DNA of 64,000 nt, taken from contig JAGTQU010000001.1 of the NCBI GenBank assembly GCA_018396695.1, positions 117-64,116 on the forward strand, written 5' to 3'. The notes below the pieces were generated by a model. It was given only the letters and a program-made list of their open reading frames with translations. It made no database searches and was not told the origin of the DNA. A program made the translations under genes and the position numbers. Shown piece after piece: positions 1-9,905 of this stretch (the first letter of the stretch is position 1; each line of letters begins with the position of its first letter). This DNA comes from Candidatus Bathyarchaeota archaeon. GTDB taxonomy: Archaea > Thermoproteota > Bathyarchaeia > TCS64.

Positions 1-2
1 TT

Positions 3-242
3 GGAATAGAAGGTATCCATGAGTTAAACTCGATTGTAATAACTCTTCAAGAACATGGTTTATGGGAGTTTTCTGAGCTCATAGTAATCTCTTTAGGATT
101 ATTCTCAGTATTATTATTTTCAAAAGATGAGGCGACTCAGATGATGAAAAACTGTCTATTTCTTTTAATGGTCACAGGGTTTATACGGCTTGCTATTGGG
201 CTTCAAAACTTCGCGATAATCCTAAATGCTTTAGCCACATAA
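3..242 (+). CDS. C-terminal end of a membrane protein gene that starts upstream of the window (partial)
   Basis: Open frame from window edge to TAA at 240-242; hydrophobic helices (LIVISLGLFSVLLF, LFLLMVTGFIRLAIGL). Confidence 0.35.
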   Translation, partial: GIEGIHELNSIVITLQEHGLWEFSELIVISLGLFSVLLFSKDEATQMMKNCLFLLMVTGFIRLAIGLQNFAIILNALAT

Positions 243-255
243 TGTCTTCAGTGAA

Positions 256-699
256 TTAACAATAGCCTGTCATCTGCCTCTTCATTATAGTTACATATTT
301 TATAGCCAAGTCTTCTGAGAGGCTTTTAAGGTTGTAGCCAATGTCGTCGGTAGTGAGGATTCCAACGACTCTATCACTTGAATCCACAACGACAACCCTT
401 CTGATCTTGTTTTTCTTCATTAGTTCGACAGCATCATCGATTTCAGAGATCTCGGATACAGCGACAACCGGCTTGCTGCAGATGTCGAATGCTGTGATAC
501 GATTAAGATCTCTATCCGAAGCCATGACTCTCCTGACCAGGTCTCTTTCAGTCACTATCCCTATCGGCTTCTCATTCTTTACGATTATAACCGAAGAGAC
601 TGATTTATCCCGCATCAGCTTAGCAACTTCCTTTATAGGGGTCATTATTTTAACTTTTATAGGATCCTTCGTCATGATCTCCGATACTTTCATTTTCAT
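256..699 (-). CDS. CBS domain pair protein
   Basis: 147 aa; two CBS-like repeats (IKVKIMTPIKEVAKLM..SVIIV; ISEIDDAVELMKKNKIRRVVVVD). Confidence 0.75.
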   Translation of the reverse strand: MKMKVSEIMTKDPIKVKIMTPIKEVAKLMRDKSVSSVIIVKNEKPIGIVTERDLVRRVMASDRDLNRITAFDICSKPVVAVSEISEIDDAVELMKKNKIRRVVVVDSSDRVVGILTTDDIGYNLKSLSEDLAIKYVTIMKRQMTGYC

Positions 700-830
700 T
701 AAAACTAGTTAAAATTAAAAGATAAAAGATTGATGGTTCATCAAATCATTTACTTATGGAAAAACTAGAGTTTACCTGATATTGTAAGTTTTCATAAACT
801 ATTTTAGCATGTAAACCTTTTAAACTGAAT

Positions 831-1160
831 ATGGTCTCTAAAACATTCTCATTTCTCATAGTTGGGATCCTTATCGGGCTCTCGATAGGTTTAGGTTCAG
901 CTGTTCTCCTTTATACGCCAAAAATAAACTTTTTAGTTGATGAGCTTAATAAAGCAGCTTCGGAGCAAGTGAAACTTGTTGACGAGTTTTTCGAAACCTC
1001 GAGTTTATACCAAAACCTCACTAATCAGTATCTTGAACTTCAAAATGAATATCAAGCCCTCGTGTCCAAGTATAATAACCTTCAATCTGATTATATGGCT
1101 CTCCTAGACAATTATCAAAATCTGCTTAACAAGTATCTCCAGCTTATAGAAGTGTTGTAA
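831..1160 (+). CDS. hypothetical membrane-anchored coiled-coil protein
   Basis: N-terminal TM helix then heptad-like Q/N/Y/L repeats (YQNLTNQYLELQNEYQALVSKYNNLQSDY). Confidence 0.45.
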   Translation: MVSKTFSFLIVGILIGLSIGLGSAVLLYTPKINFLVDELNKAASEQVKLVDEFFETSSLYQNLTNQYLELQNEYQALVSKYNNLQSDYMALLDNYQNLLNKYLQLIEVL

Positions 1161-1269
1161 GTTCTAAGTATGAGTATCGTAAATCAAAATTCTGAGGAAA
1201 GGTGTTTGTGTCAAATTTAAAATATAACTGCTGGATCAACTTGACTGTTCAAATGCCAGGTGTTAAAAG

Positions 1270-2484
1270 TTGATTCGAAACGATTATGACGTTCTAGTCG
1301 TAGGTGCTGGACCTGCAGGGTCATCTGCTGCAAGATCTGCTGCTGAGGAAGGTTTGAGAACCTTGCTGATAGACAGGAAACTTGAGATCGGGGTTCCAAA
1401 TAAGTGTGGAGAGTTTCTTCCTTCCTTTGAAGAGATGAAAAAACTTGCACCTAATGTTAAGGAGCTTGAGAAAATCTTCGATCCCCCTGAAGACTGCATT
1501 GTGAATAGGACTAAATACGTTAGATTTTTCTTCCCTAAGGACCGGGAGATCGTCGTTCCCTTTAAGGGAGTGGTCGTTGATAGGAAGTTATATGACAAGT
1601 ACCTCGCTATGGAGGCTGCGAGAGCTGGAGCAGAAGTCTCCCTCCTGACTAGATTTCTAACCTTGCTTAAAGATGAAACGGGGATAAGGGTTAGAACCAT
1701 TGACACCGAGTTTGAGATTAAATCTAAAATCATCATAGGCGCCGATGGAACCAACTCTAACATAGCGAGGAGCGCTGGTCTAGTTACGTTGAGAGGCTCG
1801 CTTGACTTCAGTGTTGGATTCCAATATGAAATGGTCAGAGTTGAGCATGATCCAGATTACGTTGACATGTATTTTGGTCGAGAATACGCTCCAGGAACCT
1901 ATGCCTGGATCATTCCCAAAGGAGACGATGTCGCTAACGTTGGGACGGGAATACGCACACCCTTTATGGTTAAAGGAACAAATATTCGAGACTACCAACG
2001 GAACTTCGTAACGAAGCATCCTATCGCCTCTAAAAAGCTTAAAAAGGCCACTCCAACAGCCATTAAAGCAGGTTATATTCCTGTCGGAGGGCCTCTATCT
2101 AAGACTTGTGTCAGAAATATACTTGTTGTAGGAGATGCAGCGGGACAGACGATTCCAACTGTCGGAGGCGGGGTTCCAACCGCCCTTATATGTGGAGAGA
2201 TAGCTGGCAGGAAGGTCGCCGAACATCTGAACAAAGATGAAGCTCTAGTCAACTATGAGTCTGAGTGGAGGAATCTTTTAGGAGAAACTTTTGAGAACTC
2301 TCTCAAACTGAGGAAAATCAGTGATATTATCTTCCGTTCCGACAAGACGCTAGAGTTCATCATAGACCATGGATGGCTTAACGAAGACGCAATAACCAAC
2401 CTCATCTTCTGTAGGATCGATGCTAAGATGAAACTAGCTGAAAAAACTCTACTAAGATTCCTCAGTTCAACCTTCTCCCTTTAA
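1270..2484 (+). CDS. geranylgeranyl reductase family flavoprotein (digeranylgeranylglycerophospholipid reductase-like)
   Basis: N-terminal FAD dinucleotide fold DVLVVGAGPAGSSAARSAAEEG; GADG..N, VGDAAG motifs; TTG start. Confidence 0.8.
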   Translation: MIRNDYDVLVVGAGPAGSSAARSAAEEGLRTLLIDRKLEIGVPNKCGEFLPSFEEMKKLAPNVKELEKIFDPPEDCIVNRTKYVRFFFPKDREIVVPFKGVVVDRKLYDKYLAMEAARAGAEVSLLTRFLTLLKDETGIRVRTIDTEFEIKSKIIIGADGTNSNIARSAGLVTLRGSLDFSVGFQYEMVRVEHDPDYVDMYFGREYAPGTYAWIIPKGDDVANVGTGIRTPFMVKGTNIRDYQRNFVTKHPIASKKLKKATPTAIKAGYIPVGGPLSKTCVRNILVVGDAAGQTIPTVGGGVPTALICGEIAGRKVAEHLNKDEALVNYESEWRNLLGETFENSLKLRKISDIIFRSDKTLEFIIDHGWLNEDAITNLIFCRIDAKMKLAEKTLLRFLSSTFSL

Positions 2485-2602
2485 AATAACAATAAAACTT
2501 TTTCAGATTACGGCGTGAAGACCTTTATCAGAAAATAATTTTTCTAAATTGAGAAGACTATATAATCAATTTTTAATGCTCCTAGGAAATTTATGTAAGA
2601 AA

Positions 2603-2677
2603 TGGGCCGGGCCGGACTCGGACCGGCGACTTCTGCGGTGTGAACGCAGTGTCCTAACCAAACTAGACGACCGGCCC
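2603..2677 (-). tRNA. tRNA-Val (anticodon CAC)
   Basis: Hand-folded cloverleaf on minus strand: acceptor GGGCCGG/CCGGCCC, anticodon stem CTGCG/CGCAG with loop TTCACAC, T-arm GCCGG-TCCGAGT-CCGGC, discriminator A; TATA-like AAATATAT upstream (minus orientation). Confidence 0.85.
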
Positions 2678-2847
2678 AGCAACCGTTACCTAAAACTCTA
2701 AAAGATATATTTCTTTCGTAAATCTTGTCCATATTTTCCTCAGCACTTTTTAATGATAGTGAGTTCTCATAGAATACGTAAATTATTTTACTCATAACTA
2801 TTATTAACAAGTTTTATTTTTAAAGGAATAAATCCGAGGGTCTTGAA

Positions 2848-4401
2848 TTGGATAATCAATTCTACCTTAGTAGCTTCAAAGCGAAGAGTGAGTTCAGTCC
2901 TCCCAAGCGAGTCATGATCTTTGATACGACCCTACGTGATGGAGAGCAGACTCCTGGTCTAACCTATACGATAGATGAAAAGGTTGAGATCGCGAGGAAA
3001 CTTGATGAGCTTGGAGTTGCCAAGATAGAAGCTGGATTCGCCATCACGAGTAAGGGTGAAGAAGAGGCTATAAAGAAGATAGCTTGCCTTGGATTAAAAA
3101 GCATAGTTACAGCGCTAGCTAGACCCATTAAAGAGGATATTGATAAGGTTCTCTGGTGCGATGTTCCCTATATTCACATATTCATAAGCACGAGCGACCT
3201 ACACATTAAGACTATGCTTAACTCTACTAGGGAAGAAGTTCTAAGGCAGAGTGTTGAGGGAATTGAATATGCCAGAGATCATGGAGTTAAAGTCGAATTC
3301 AGTCCTCAGGATGCTACGAGAACTGATATGGATTATTTAATCAAGATATGCCAAGCAGCTGAAGAAGCCGGGGCAGAGGTTTTAAATATTCCAGATACTG
3401 TGGGCGTGATGACGCCTAGGATGACTTTTGAATTTTTCAGAGAAATTAAGAACCACACAAAGGTTCCTCTTAGTTCACATGCTCACAATGATTTAGGGCA
3501 GGCGACTGCGAATACTCTGGCCGCAATTGAGGCTGGAGCTGAACAGTGTCATGTAACCGTTAACGGGCTTGGTGAGAGAGCTGGTAATGCTAGTCTAGAG
3601 CAGGTCGCAGTCAGTTTAGCTACCCAATATGGTATTGAGACAGGTATTGTTTACAATAAGCTTGCCGAAGTTAGCGATCTCGTTCAGAGATTTAGTGGAA
3701 TCTATATGCCTCCAATGACGCCAATAATCGGAGATAATGCGTTCGCTCACGAATCAGGCATCCATGTTCACGGTGTCCTATCTCATAGCGGGAACTATGA
3801 GATACTCTCCCCAGAGTTTGTTGGAAGAAAGAGGCGTATTGTTGCAGGTAAGCATGCGGGACGCCACGGTATAGAGAGCATGATAGAGGAAATGGGGCTA
3901 AAACCAGATAAAGAACAGTTGAAGGCTATAGCTGCTGAAGTGAAGACTTTAGGAGATGCAGGCAAGAGCGTGACTGACACTGACCTGTATGCGATTGCTA
4001 AGAATATAATGAACATTAAGAGTGATGATCGCGTTAAGCTTAAGCAACTGCTGGTTGTTACAGGAAACACTGTGACACCTACAGCCTCGGCAACGATAGT
4101 CATCGATGGAAAAGAGTATGTAGGTCTAGGTGTAGGGAACGGGCCTATCGATGCCGCTGTTAAAGCGATCGTAAACATCCACTCTGAATTTAAAGATGTA
4201 TTCCTAGAGAAGTTCATGATGAAAGCGATTACCGGCGGGACAGATGCTGTCGCAGATGTCACTGTGGGGATGAGGAGAGGAGATCGATTCGTGACAGCTA
4301 GTAGTGTCAGCGGTGATACGGTTATGGCTAGCGTTGAAGCCATTCTTAGAGGGATGAATAGACTCCTTGTCCATGAAAATTTGAAAAATACTAAATATTA
4401 G
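2848..4401 (+). CDS. leuA: 2-isopropylmalate synthase / (R)-citramalate synthase family (LeuA/CimA), full length with C-terminal regulatory domain
   Basis: 517 aa; FDTTLRDGEQTPG, HAHNDLGQATANTLAAIEAGA, NGLGERAGNASLE motifs; followed by leuCDB. Confidence 0.85.
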   Translation: MDNQFYLSSFKAKSEFSPPKRVMIFDTTLRDGEQTPGLTYTIDEKVEIARKLDELGVAKIEAGFAITSKGEEEAIKKIACLGLKSIVTALARPIKEDIDKVLWCDVPYIHIFISTSDLHIKTMLNSTREEVLRQSVEGIEYARDHGVKVEFSPQDATRTDMDYLIKICQAAEEAGAEVLNIPDTVGVMTPRMTFEFFREIKNHTKVPLSSHAHNDLGQATANTLAAIEAGAEQCHVTVNGLGERAGNASLEQVAVSLATQYGIETGIVYNKLAEVSDLVQRFSGIYMPPMTPIIGDNAFAHESGIHVHGVLSHSGNYEILSPEFVGRKRRIVAGKHAGRHGIESMIEEMGLKPDKEQLKAIAAEVKTLGDAGKSVTDTDLYAIAKNIMNIKSDDRVKLKQLLVVTGNTVTPTASATIVIDGKEYVGLGVGNGPIDAAVKAIVNIHSEFKDVFLEKFMMKAITGGTDAVADVTVGMRRGDRFVTASSVSGDTVMASVEAILRGMNRLLVHENLKNTKY

Positions 4402-6008
4402 AGTCTTCATTTAAGCAGGAAAATTTTCCATTCACCTTCATATCTAAAGATAAATTTATATTATCGATACTCGCCTCCTCTATCAAATTATGGGATGGAA
4501 TATGGGGTATCGCTTTATTAGACAAATTTCCTGAACATGTCTATTTTCTTGACACAACATTAAGGGATGGAGAACAGACTCCTGGAGTCTCTCTTACGCC
4601 GTATAAAAAACTTCAGATAGCTAGGAGATTGGATCAGCTTGGAGTAGACTTCATTGAGGCTGGATTCGCAGCCGTTTCTGAAGGAGAGTTTGAAGCCGTA
4701 AAAATGATCGCATCTGAAAGCCTTAAAGCTAAAGTCTATAGTGCGGCGAGGGGTTTAAAAGAAGATATCGATGTTGCAATGAAATCCGGCGTCGAAGGTG
4801 TGAACATTATAATACCTACATCTGATCTACATATTCGCCAAAAGCTGGAAAAAACTAGAGTGCAAGTTCTCGACATTGTAGAAGAGATGGTCGGTTATGC
4901 GAAGGCCCATGGTCTCTATGCAGAAATATCGATGGAAGATGGCTCTAGAACAGATAGAGGATTTCTAAAGCAGGTGATTAAAAGAGCGATTGAAAATAGG
5001 GTAGATAGAACAACAATATGCGACACAGTCGGGGTTTGAATTCCAGCGAAATCATATGAACTCTTCTCAGAGATTAGAGACGAGTTTCCAAAGATAGATT
5101 TAGGAGTTCATTGTCACGATGACTTCGGGCTTTCTGTCGCTAACTCCCTCGAGGCCCTGAGGACTGGAACAAACACTGTTCATGCCACTATTAATGGTAT
5201 CGGTGAGAGGGCTGGCAATGCTTCATTGGAAGAGATAGCTATAGCTTTGAGACTAATGTACAATGTTAAAATGAGTATCAAAACAGAGCTGCTCCAAGAG
5301 GTATCTCAACTAGTTTCGAAGTTAACTGGAGTGCCAGTTCAACCGAATAAAGCGATAGTGGGAAAAAATGCATTCGCCCACGAATCTGGTATCCACACTC
5401 ATGCGATCTTAAAGAACCCTCGAACATACGAGTCTATAAACCCTGAGATTGTAGGCACAGTGAGGAGGATAGTCTCGGGAAAGCATTCTGGTTCGCATGG
5501 AATCAAGAAGTCTCTTGAAGACCTAGGTTTTCACCCTTCCACGGAACAGTTCGTTGAGATAATTAATCAGGTTAAGTCTCTAGGAGATAAAGGTGAAAAA
5601 TTAACTGACGGAGATCTCTTTGAAATAGCTCGAAGAGTTATGAATACAGTGTTTCAAAACCATGTCGAGCTTGAAGAGTTCATTGTGGTCACGGGAAATA
5701 AGATAACTCCAACTGCTTCAGTAAAGCTTAAAATAAATGGGGTTAGCAAAACAGAGGCGGCGACAGGGGTTGGTCCAGTGGACGCAACTTTAAACGCAGT
5801 CAGTAAAGCGATTAGTTTAGAGGAAAAGGCTTGCCTCGATACATACTATGTTGAAGCGATAACTGGTGGGACTGACGCCTTCGTTAACGTTGAGATCACG
5901 ATGAGGAAAGGTGACAGAATAGTATCCTCAAGGGGGGTAAGCGAGGACATAGTTATGGCAAGCGTAGATGCTTTCATAAAAAGTATGAATCTCCTATTTA
6001 AGCCATGA
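4395..6008 (+). pseudogene. second IPMS/citramalate-synthase-family paralog, disrupted by an in-frame TGA at 5037-5039 and lacking an in-frame start upstream of the catalytic DTTLRDGEQ motif
   Basis: Single reading frame 4395-6008 encodes LDTTLRDGEQTPG...ICDTVGV*IPAKSYELF...GVHCHDDFGLSVANSLEAL...NGIGERAGNASLE...; ATG at 4496 is in a different frame (GGGG run at 4504-4507). Confidence 0.6.
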
Positions 6009-6056
6009 AAGCGAGACTCAAAGATAGAATTGGGAAAGATGTGAAGGTATTTAAAA

Positions 6057-7313
6057 ATGGGGATGACAGTTTCCGAGAAAATCCTAGCCAGAGCTTCTGG
6101 CAGGGATAAGGTTCAGCCTGGAGAGATAGTGAAGGCTGAGGTTGATCTAGCCATGATGCCAGACCTTACCACTATTCTTTCTTTCAAAGCAATGAAGGAG
6201 ATGGGTGTAGATAGGGTATGGGATAATGAAAAGGTAGTGATCTTTCTAGACCATGTAGCTCCTGCATCCTCATTGCAAGCGGCTACGGTGCATAGAGATA
6301 TCAGGAAGCTGGTCTCAGAACAGGGGTTAAAATACTTTTACGATGTCAATTCAGGAGTATGTCATCAAGTACTCTCAGAGAGGGGACACGTGACTCCTGG
6401 CATGCTAGTCGTTGGCGCCGACTCTCATACGTGCACTCATGGAGCTATGGGGGCATTCGCTACAGGTGTAGGCTCAACCGATATGGGAGCTGTTTTAGCA
6501 ACAGGGAGACTATGGTTTAGGGTTCCGGAGACGATACGTGTAGAGGTTGAAGGAAGTCTTCAGCATAATGTTCAGCCTAAAGACATCATACTGAAAATCA
6601 TCGGATTAATAGGCGCAGACGGCGCAACTTACAAGGCTGTCGAGTTCTCAGGGGAAACTATTAGGAAGATGAATATTTCCGGGAGGATGACTCTCTGCAA
6701 CATGGCGATAGAGATGGGTGGTAAAACTGGTATAGTTGAGGCGGATGATGAGACTGCTAACTTTCTGAGTAATCGATGCAAAACTAATATTAATCCGATT
6801 CGAAGCGACCTGAACGCGCAATACGAGAAGGTTCTCCGTCTAGATGTGAGTGAATTAGAGCCGCAAGTAGCTTGCCCACATAAAGTTGATAATGTTAAAA
6901 CTGTCAGCGAGGTAGCCGGCGTTAAAGTGGATCAGGTCTTCATAGGGTCTTGCACTAACGGAAGATACGAAGATCTCGAGGTAACGGCTAAAATACTTCG
7001 AAATAAACAGGTCCATCCAGGAGTGAGACTCGTAATCGTTCCAGCTTCAAAGGAGGTCTATTTAAAAGCCTTGAAGAATGGTATCATCGAAACGTTGCTG
7101 CAGGCTGGTGCTCTAGTGAGTAATCCAAGCTGTGGTGCCTGCTTCGGAGGTCATATAGGCATCCTAGCGGCTGGAGAAATAGGGCTTACTACTTCGAATA
7201 GAAACTTCAAAGGGAGGCAGGGAAGCCCTGAAGCTGAGGTTTATTTATCTTCTCCTGCCACTGCAGCAGCCTCAGCGATCACTGGGGTTATCACCGACCC
7301 TAGGGAGGTGTGA
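6057..7313 (+). CDS. leuC: 3-isopropylmalate dehydratase large subunit (aconitase family)
   Basis: 418 aa; GxCH/ADSHT..HGA, Fe-S ligand pattern SCTNGR..CGACFG; operon context. Confidence 0.85.
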   Translation: MGMTVSEKILARASGRDKVQPGEIVKAEVDLAMMPDLTTILSFKAMKEMGVDRVWDNEKVVIFLDHVAPASSLQAATVHRDIRKLVSEQGLKYFYDVNSGVCHQVLSERGHVTPGMLVVGADSHTCTHGAMGAFATGVGSTDMGAVLATGRLWFRVPETIRVEVEGSLQHNVQPKDIILKIIGLIGADGATYKAVEFSGETIRKMNISGRMTLCNMAIEMGGKTGIVEADDETANFLSNRCKTNINPIRSDLNAQYEKVLRLDVSELEPQVACPHKVDNVKTVSEVAGVKVDQVFIGSCTNGRYEDLEVTAKILRNKQVHPGVRLVIVPASKEVYLKALKNGIIETLLQAGALVSNPSCGACFGGHIGILAAGEIGLTTSNRNFKGRQGSPEAEVYLSSPATAAASAITGVITDPREV

Positions 7314-7319
7314 ATTCTC

Positions 7320-7826
7320 ATGAGGATCAAAGGTAGGGCCTGGAAATTTGGTGATGACGTCAACACGGATCTAATAATTCCTGGTAAATATCTTGAGCTC
7401 ACAGATCCGATAGAGATGGCTAAACATGCAATGGAGGGTCTAAGTCCAATTTTCGCTGCGAGGGTGAAGCCTGGAGACATTGTAGTCGGTGGAAGAAACT
7501 TCGGTTGTGGATCTAGTAGAGAGCATGCTCCCTTAGCTTTGAAATATTCTGGGGTTGGTGCAGTGTTAGCCGAATCCCATGCCCGGATATTCTACAGGAA
7601 CGCTATAAACATTGGTTTCCCCGCTTTAGAATGTCCAGGAATTGCCAAGAGTGTGGAGGATGGAGATGAATTGGAGGTTGACTTGAAAGAAGGGATTGTG
7701 AGAATTCTGGATAAAGACATTTGGCTTAAGTTTATTCCCCTCCCTGAGTTCATGATTCGGATATTAGATTCAGGAGGCTTAACGGCGTTTTTAAGGTTTA
7801 ACATGAAGGAGTGGCTTGAAAAATGA
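7320..7826 (+). CDS. leuD: 3-isopropylmalate dehydratase small subunit
   Basis: 168 aa; GDDVNTD.IIPGKYL, GGRNFGCGSSREHAP. Confidence 0.85.
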   Translation: MRIKGRAWKFGDDVNTDLIIPGKYLELTDPIEMAKHAMEGLSPIFAARVKPGDIVVGGRNFGCGSSREHAPLALKYSGVGAVLAESHARIFYRNAINIGFPALECPGIAKSVEDGDELEVDLKEGIVRILDKDIWLKFIPLPEFMIRILDSGGLTAFLRFNMKEWLEK

Positions 7827-8833
7827 AAAAGTACAAAATTGCAACCATCCCTGGAGATGGCATAGGTCCAGAAGTTATGGATGCGGCTTTATCTATTCTT
7901 AGGAAACTTGAGAATGGAAGGGATGTGAGCTTCGACTTCATCGAGCTATCTGCTGGAGATGAAACTTTAAAGAAGACAGGCTCTGCGCTTCCTTCGGAAA
8001 CCCTGCGAGGAATTAAACAGTCCGACGTTTGTCTTTTCGCAGCTGTTGGGGAGACTGCTAAGGATGTGATCATCCCTCTGAGACAGGGTTTGGATCTCTA
8101 CGCAAATATTCGCCCAGCTAAAGTTTATCCTAATGTTCCGCACATAGGCAAAGATGTCGACCTTGTAATCATTCGAGAGAATACTGAAGACCTGTACAAA
8201 AGAGTAGGGTTCCAAGCAGATGACTGGGGTGTCTCGCTGAGGATAATAACAAGACAAGCATCAGAGAGGATAGCGAGATTTGCCTTCGAACTCGCAAAGA
8301 AGGAAGAGCGGAAGAGAGTTACCTGCGTACATAAGGCAAACGTCCTTGATAATGATATAATCTTCACAGAGGCTTGTAGAAGAGTTTCCAAAGAATATCC
8401 CTCAATCGAGTATGAGGAGACCATAGTCGATGCCTGCGCGATGAAGCTTATTTTGAAACCGGAACACTTCGATGTTGTGGTAACCACCAATATGTTTGGA
8501 GACATTCTCTCTGACGAAGCTGCAGGGCTCGTAGGTGGACTTGGAATGGCACCTTCAGGTAATATTGGAGATAGGTATGCTATCTTCGAACCTGTTCATG
8601 GTTCAGCTCCAGACATTGCTGGGAGAGGGATCGCTAACCCTATCGCTATGGTACTCTCGGTTGTGATGATGCTTAAATGGTTAGGAGAGTTGGAGTTATC
8701 CAGAATACTCGAAAACGCGATTGTGGATGTTTTAAAAGAGGGTAGGGTTTTAACACCTGATCTCGGAGGTAAAGCTGGAACGAAGGATGTATCCGAAGCT
8801 ATCGAGGAAAAGATCAATAGAAAAGGATTTTAA
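7823..8833 (+). CDS. leuB: 3-isopropylmalate dehydrogenase (beta-decarboxylating dehydrogenase family)
   Basis: 336 aa; IPGDGIGPEV N-terminus, NMFGDILSDEAAGLVGGLGMAPS motif; overlaps leuD stop. Confidence 0.8.
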   Translation: MKKYKIATIPGDGIGPEVMDAALSILRKLENGRDVSFDFIELSAGDETLKKTGSALPSETLRGIKQSDVCLFAAVGETAKDVIIPLRQGLDLYANIRPAKVYPNVPHIGKDVDLVIIRENTEDLYKRVGFQADDWGVSLRIITRQASERIARFAFELAKKEERKRVTCVHKANVLDNDIIFTEACRRVSKEYPSIEYEETIVDACAMKLILKPEHFDVVVTTNMFGDILSDEAAGLVGGLGMAPSGNIGDRYAIFEPVHGSAPDIAGRGIANPIAMVLSVVMMLKWLGELELSRILENAIVDVLKEGRVLTPDLGGKAGTKDVSEAIEEKINRKGF

Positions 8834-8879
8834 GGATCTATTGCATAGGGATTTGGTGCTTGGGGTGATATGATGCCCG

Positions 8880-9368
8880 GTGAGCGTTTCCTCATATAAT
8901 GTGTTCGATTATAAGCCCACCCGAGAGTTAAAAAACATTCTCACCAAAACCAAAAAAATTAAGAAAGACGCAACCAACCTCGGTGAGGTTTTTTCAGGAG
9001 CCACCTCCTATCGGAGGTTGATAGAGAGCCTGGATAGTCTAGAGGCTTCCTTGAAGCTTCATTTAGAAGGGTTGAAGGATTTCGAGAAAGGGGTATTAAC
9101 GATCGCTTCGACCAAGTTGACGAAAAAGCAAGTGTTAATTTTAAAGTGGTTAATGGAACACTACAATGGAGATTTAGTCTACACAAGCCTAATTGAAATG
9201 GTATCGGAGGCCTTGGAGCTGCCGAAATCAACTGTAAGATGGAATTTGAAGGGGTTAAGGGAGGCTGGACTGATCTTGGCAGGAGACAGGAATACTAAAG
9301 GCATAACAGTGAGAGTTACTGAGCTTGGAAGCTTCATAGCTAAAATCTCAGACCTAGAAAAGGCGTGA
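8880..9368 (+). CDS. hypothetical protein with C-terminal winged-helix DNA-binding domain
   Basis: 162 aa; C-terminal KSTVRWNLKGLREAGLILAGDRNTKGITVRVTELG resembles wHTH. Confidence 0.45.
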   Translation: MSVSSYNVFDYKPTRELKNILTKTKKIKKDATNLGEVFSGATSYRRLIESLDSLEASLKLHLEGLKDFEKGVLTIASTKLTKKQVLILKWLMEHYNGDLVYTSLIEMVSEALELPKSTVRWNLKGLREAGLILAGDRNTKGITVRVTELGSFIAKISDLEKA

Positions 9369-9423
9369 ATTAGTAAACCAGAAATGATTTAAAGCTCTCA
9401 ATCATCGATTCAAGAGGATATCG

Positions 9424-9666
9424 ATGAAAGTTAAGGCCTATATTATGATAAATGTGAAGACAGGCTCAGAAGACGATGTCTGTAAAGAGCTGGCAAAGTT
9501 CGATGAGGTAGAGTCGGTCGCAACGATCTACGGTGAATATGACGCCGTAGTTAAAATCGTTCTCCCTGATATGGCTCGGTTAGATGACTTTCTCCTCGAG
9601 AAGCTCAGAGGGATCCCAAACATCACGCTAACAGCCACAATGCTCATTGATAAAGAGTATAAGTAG
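9424..9666 (+). CDS. stand-alone Lrp/AsnC-type ligand-binding (RAM) domain protein
   Basis: 80 aa; beta-alpha-beta-beta-alpha-beta pattern KAYIMINVK...VESVATIYGEYDAVVKIV... Confidence 0.55.
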   Translation: MKVKAYIMINVKTGSEDDVCKELAKFDEVESVATIYGEYDAVVKIVLPDMARLDDFLLEKLRGIPNITLTATMLIDKEYK

Positions 9667-9737
9667 ATCAAGAGTAAACTGGTTTAACGCAAAGTTTATT
9701 TTGTAACTCGTATCCCTAAAAATCGACTAATCGAGAT

Positions 9738-9813
9738 GCCCTGGTAGTATAGTCCGGTTTAGTATGCTCGGCTGTCACCCGAGCGATCCCGGGTTCAAAT
9801 CCCGGCCAGGGCG
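9738..9813 (+). tRNA. tRNA-Asp (anticodon GTC)
   Basis: Acceptor GCCCTGG/CCAGGGC, anticodon stem CTCGG/CCGAG loop CTGTCAC, T-arm CCGGG-TTCAAAT-CCCGG, discriminator G; TTTATTT box ~35 nt upstream. Confidence 0.9.
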
Positions 9814-9905
9814 CTTAATTCCAGTCTTTCCGAGAACCTTTTTATGAGATGCAATTTCGATTGTCAACATTATTTTCATAAAGATCTTTTCAATCTTTTT
9901 TATTA

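Noticed and set aside
1284-1763. Antisense ORFs inside strongly supported genes (e.g. 1284-1763, 3795-4343, 12523-12801, 25603-25911, 32255-32791, 49806-50510)
   Set aside because: They are shadow ORFs opposite genes with clear family motifs. They show low complexity and biased composition, with no independent support.
2544-2810. 88-aa ORF on the minus strand
   Set aside because: It completely overlaps the well-folded tRNA-Val (2603-2677) and has no coding signal. Treated as spurious.
5037-5039. In-frame TGA as possible selenocysteine or recoded codon
   Set aside because: The codon aligns to Met in the paralog, not to a redox Cys/Sec position. No SECIS-like hairpin was noticed downstream. 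Other genes terminate with TGA normally.
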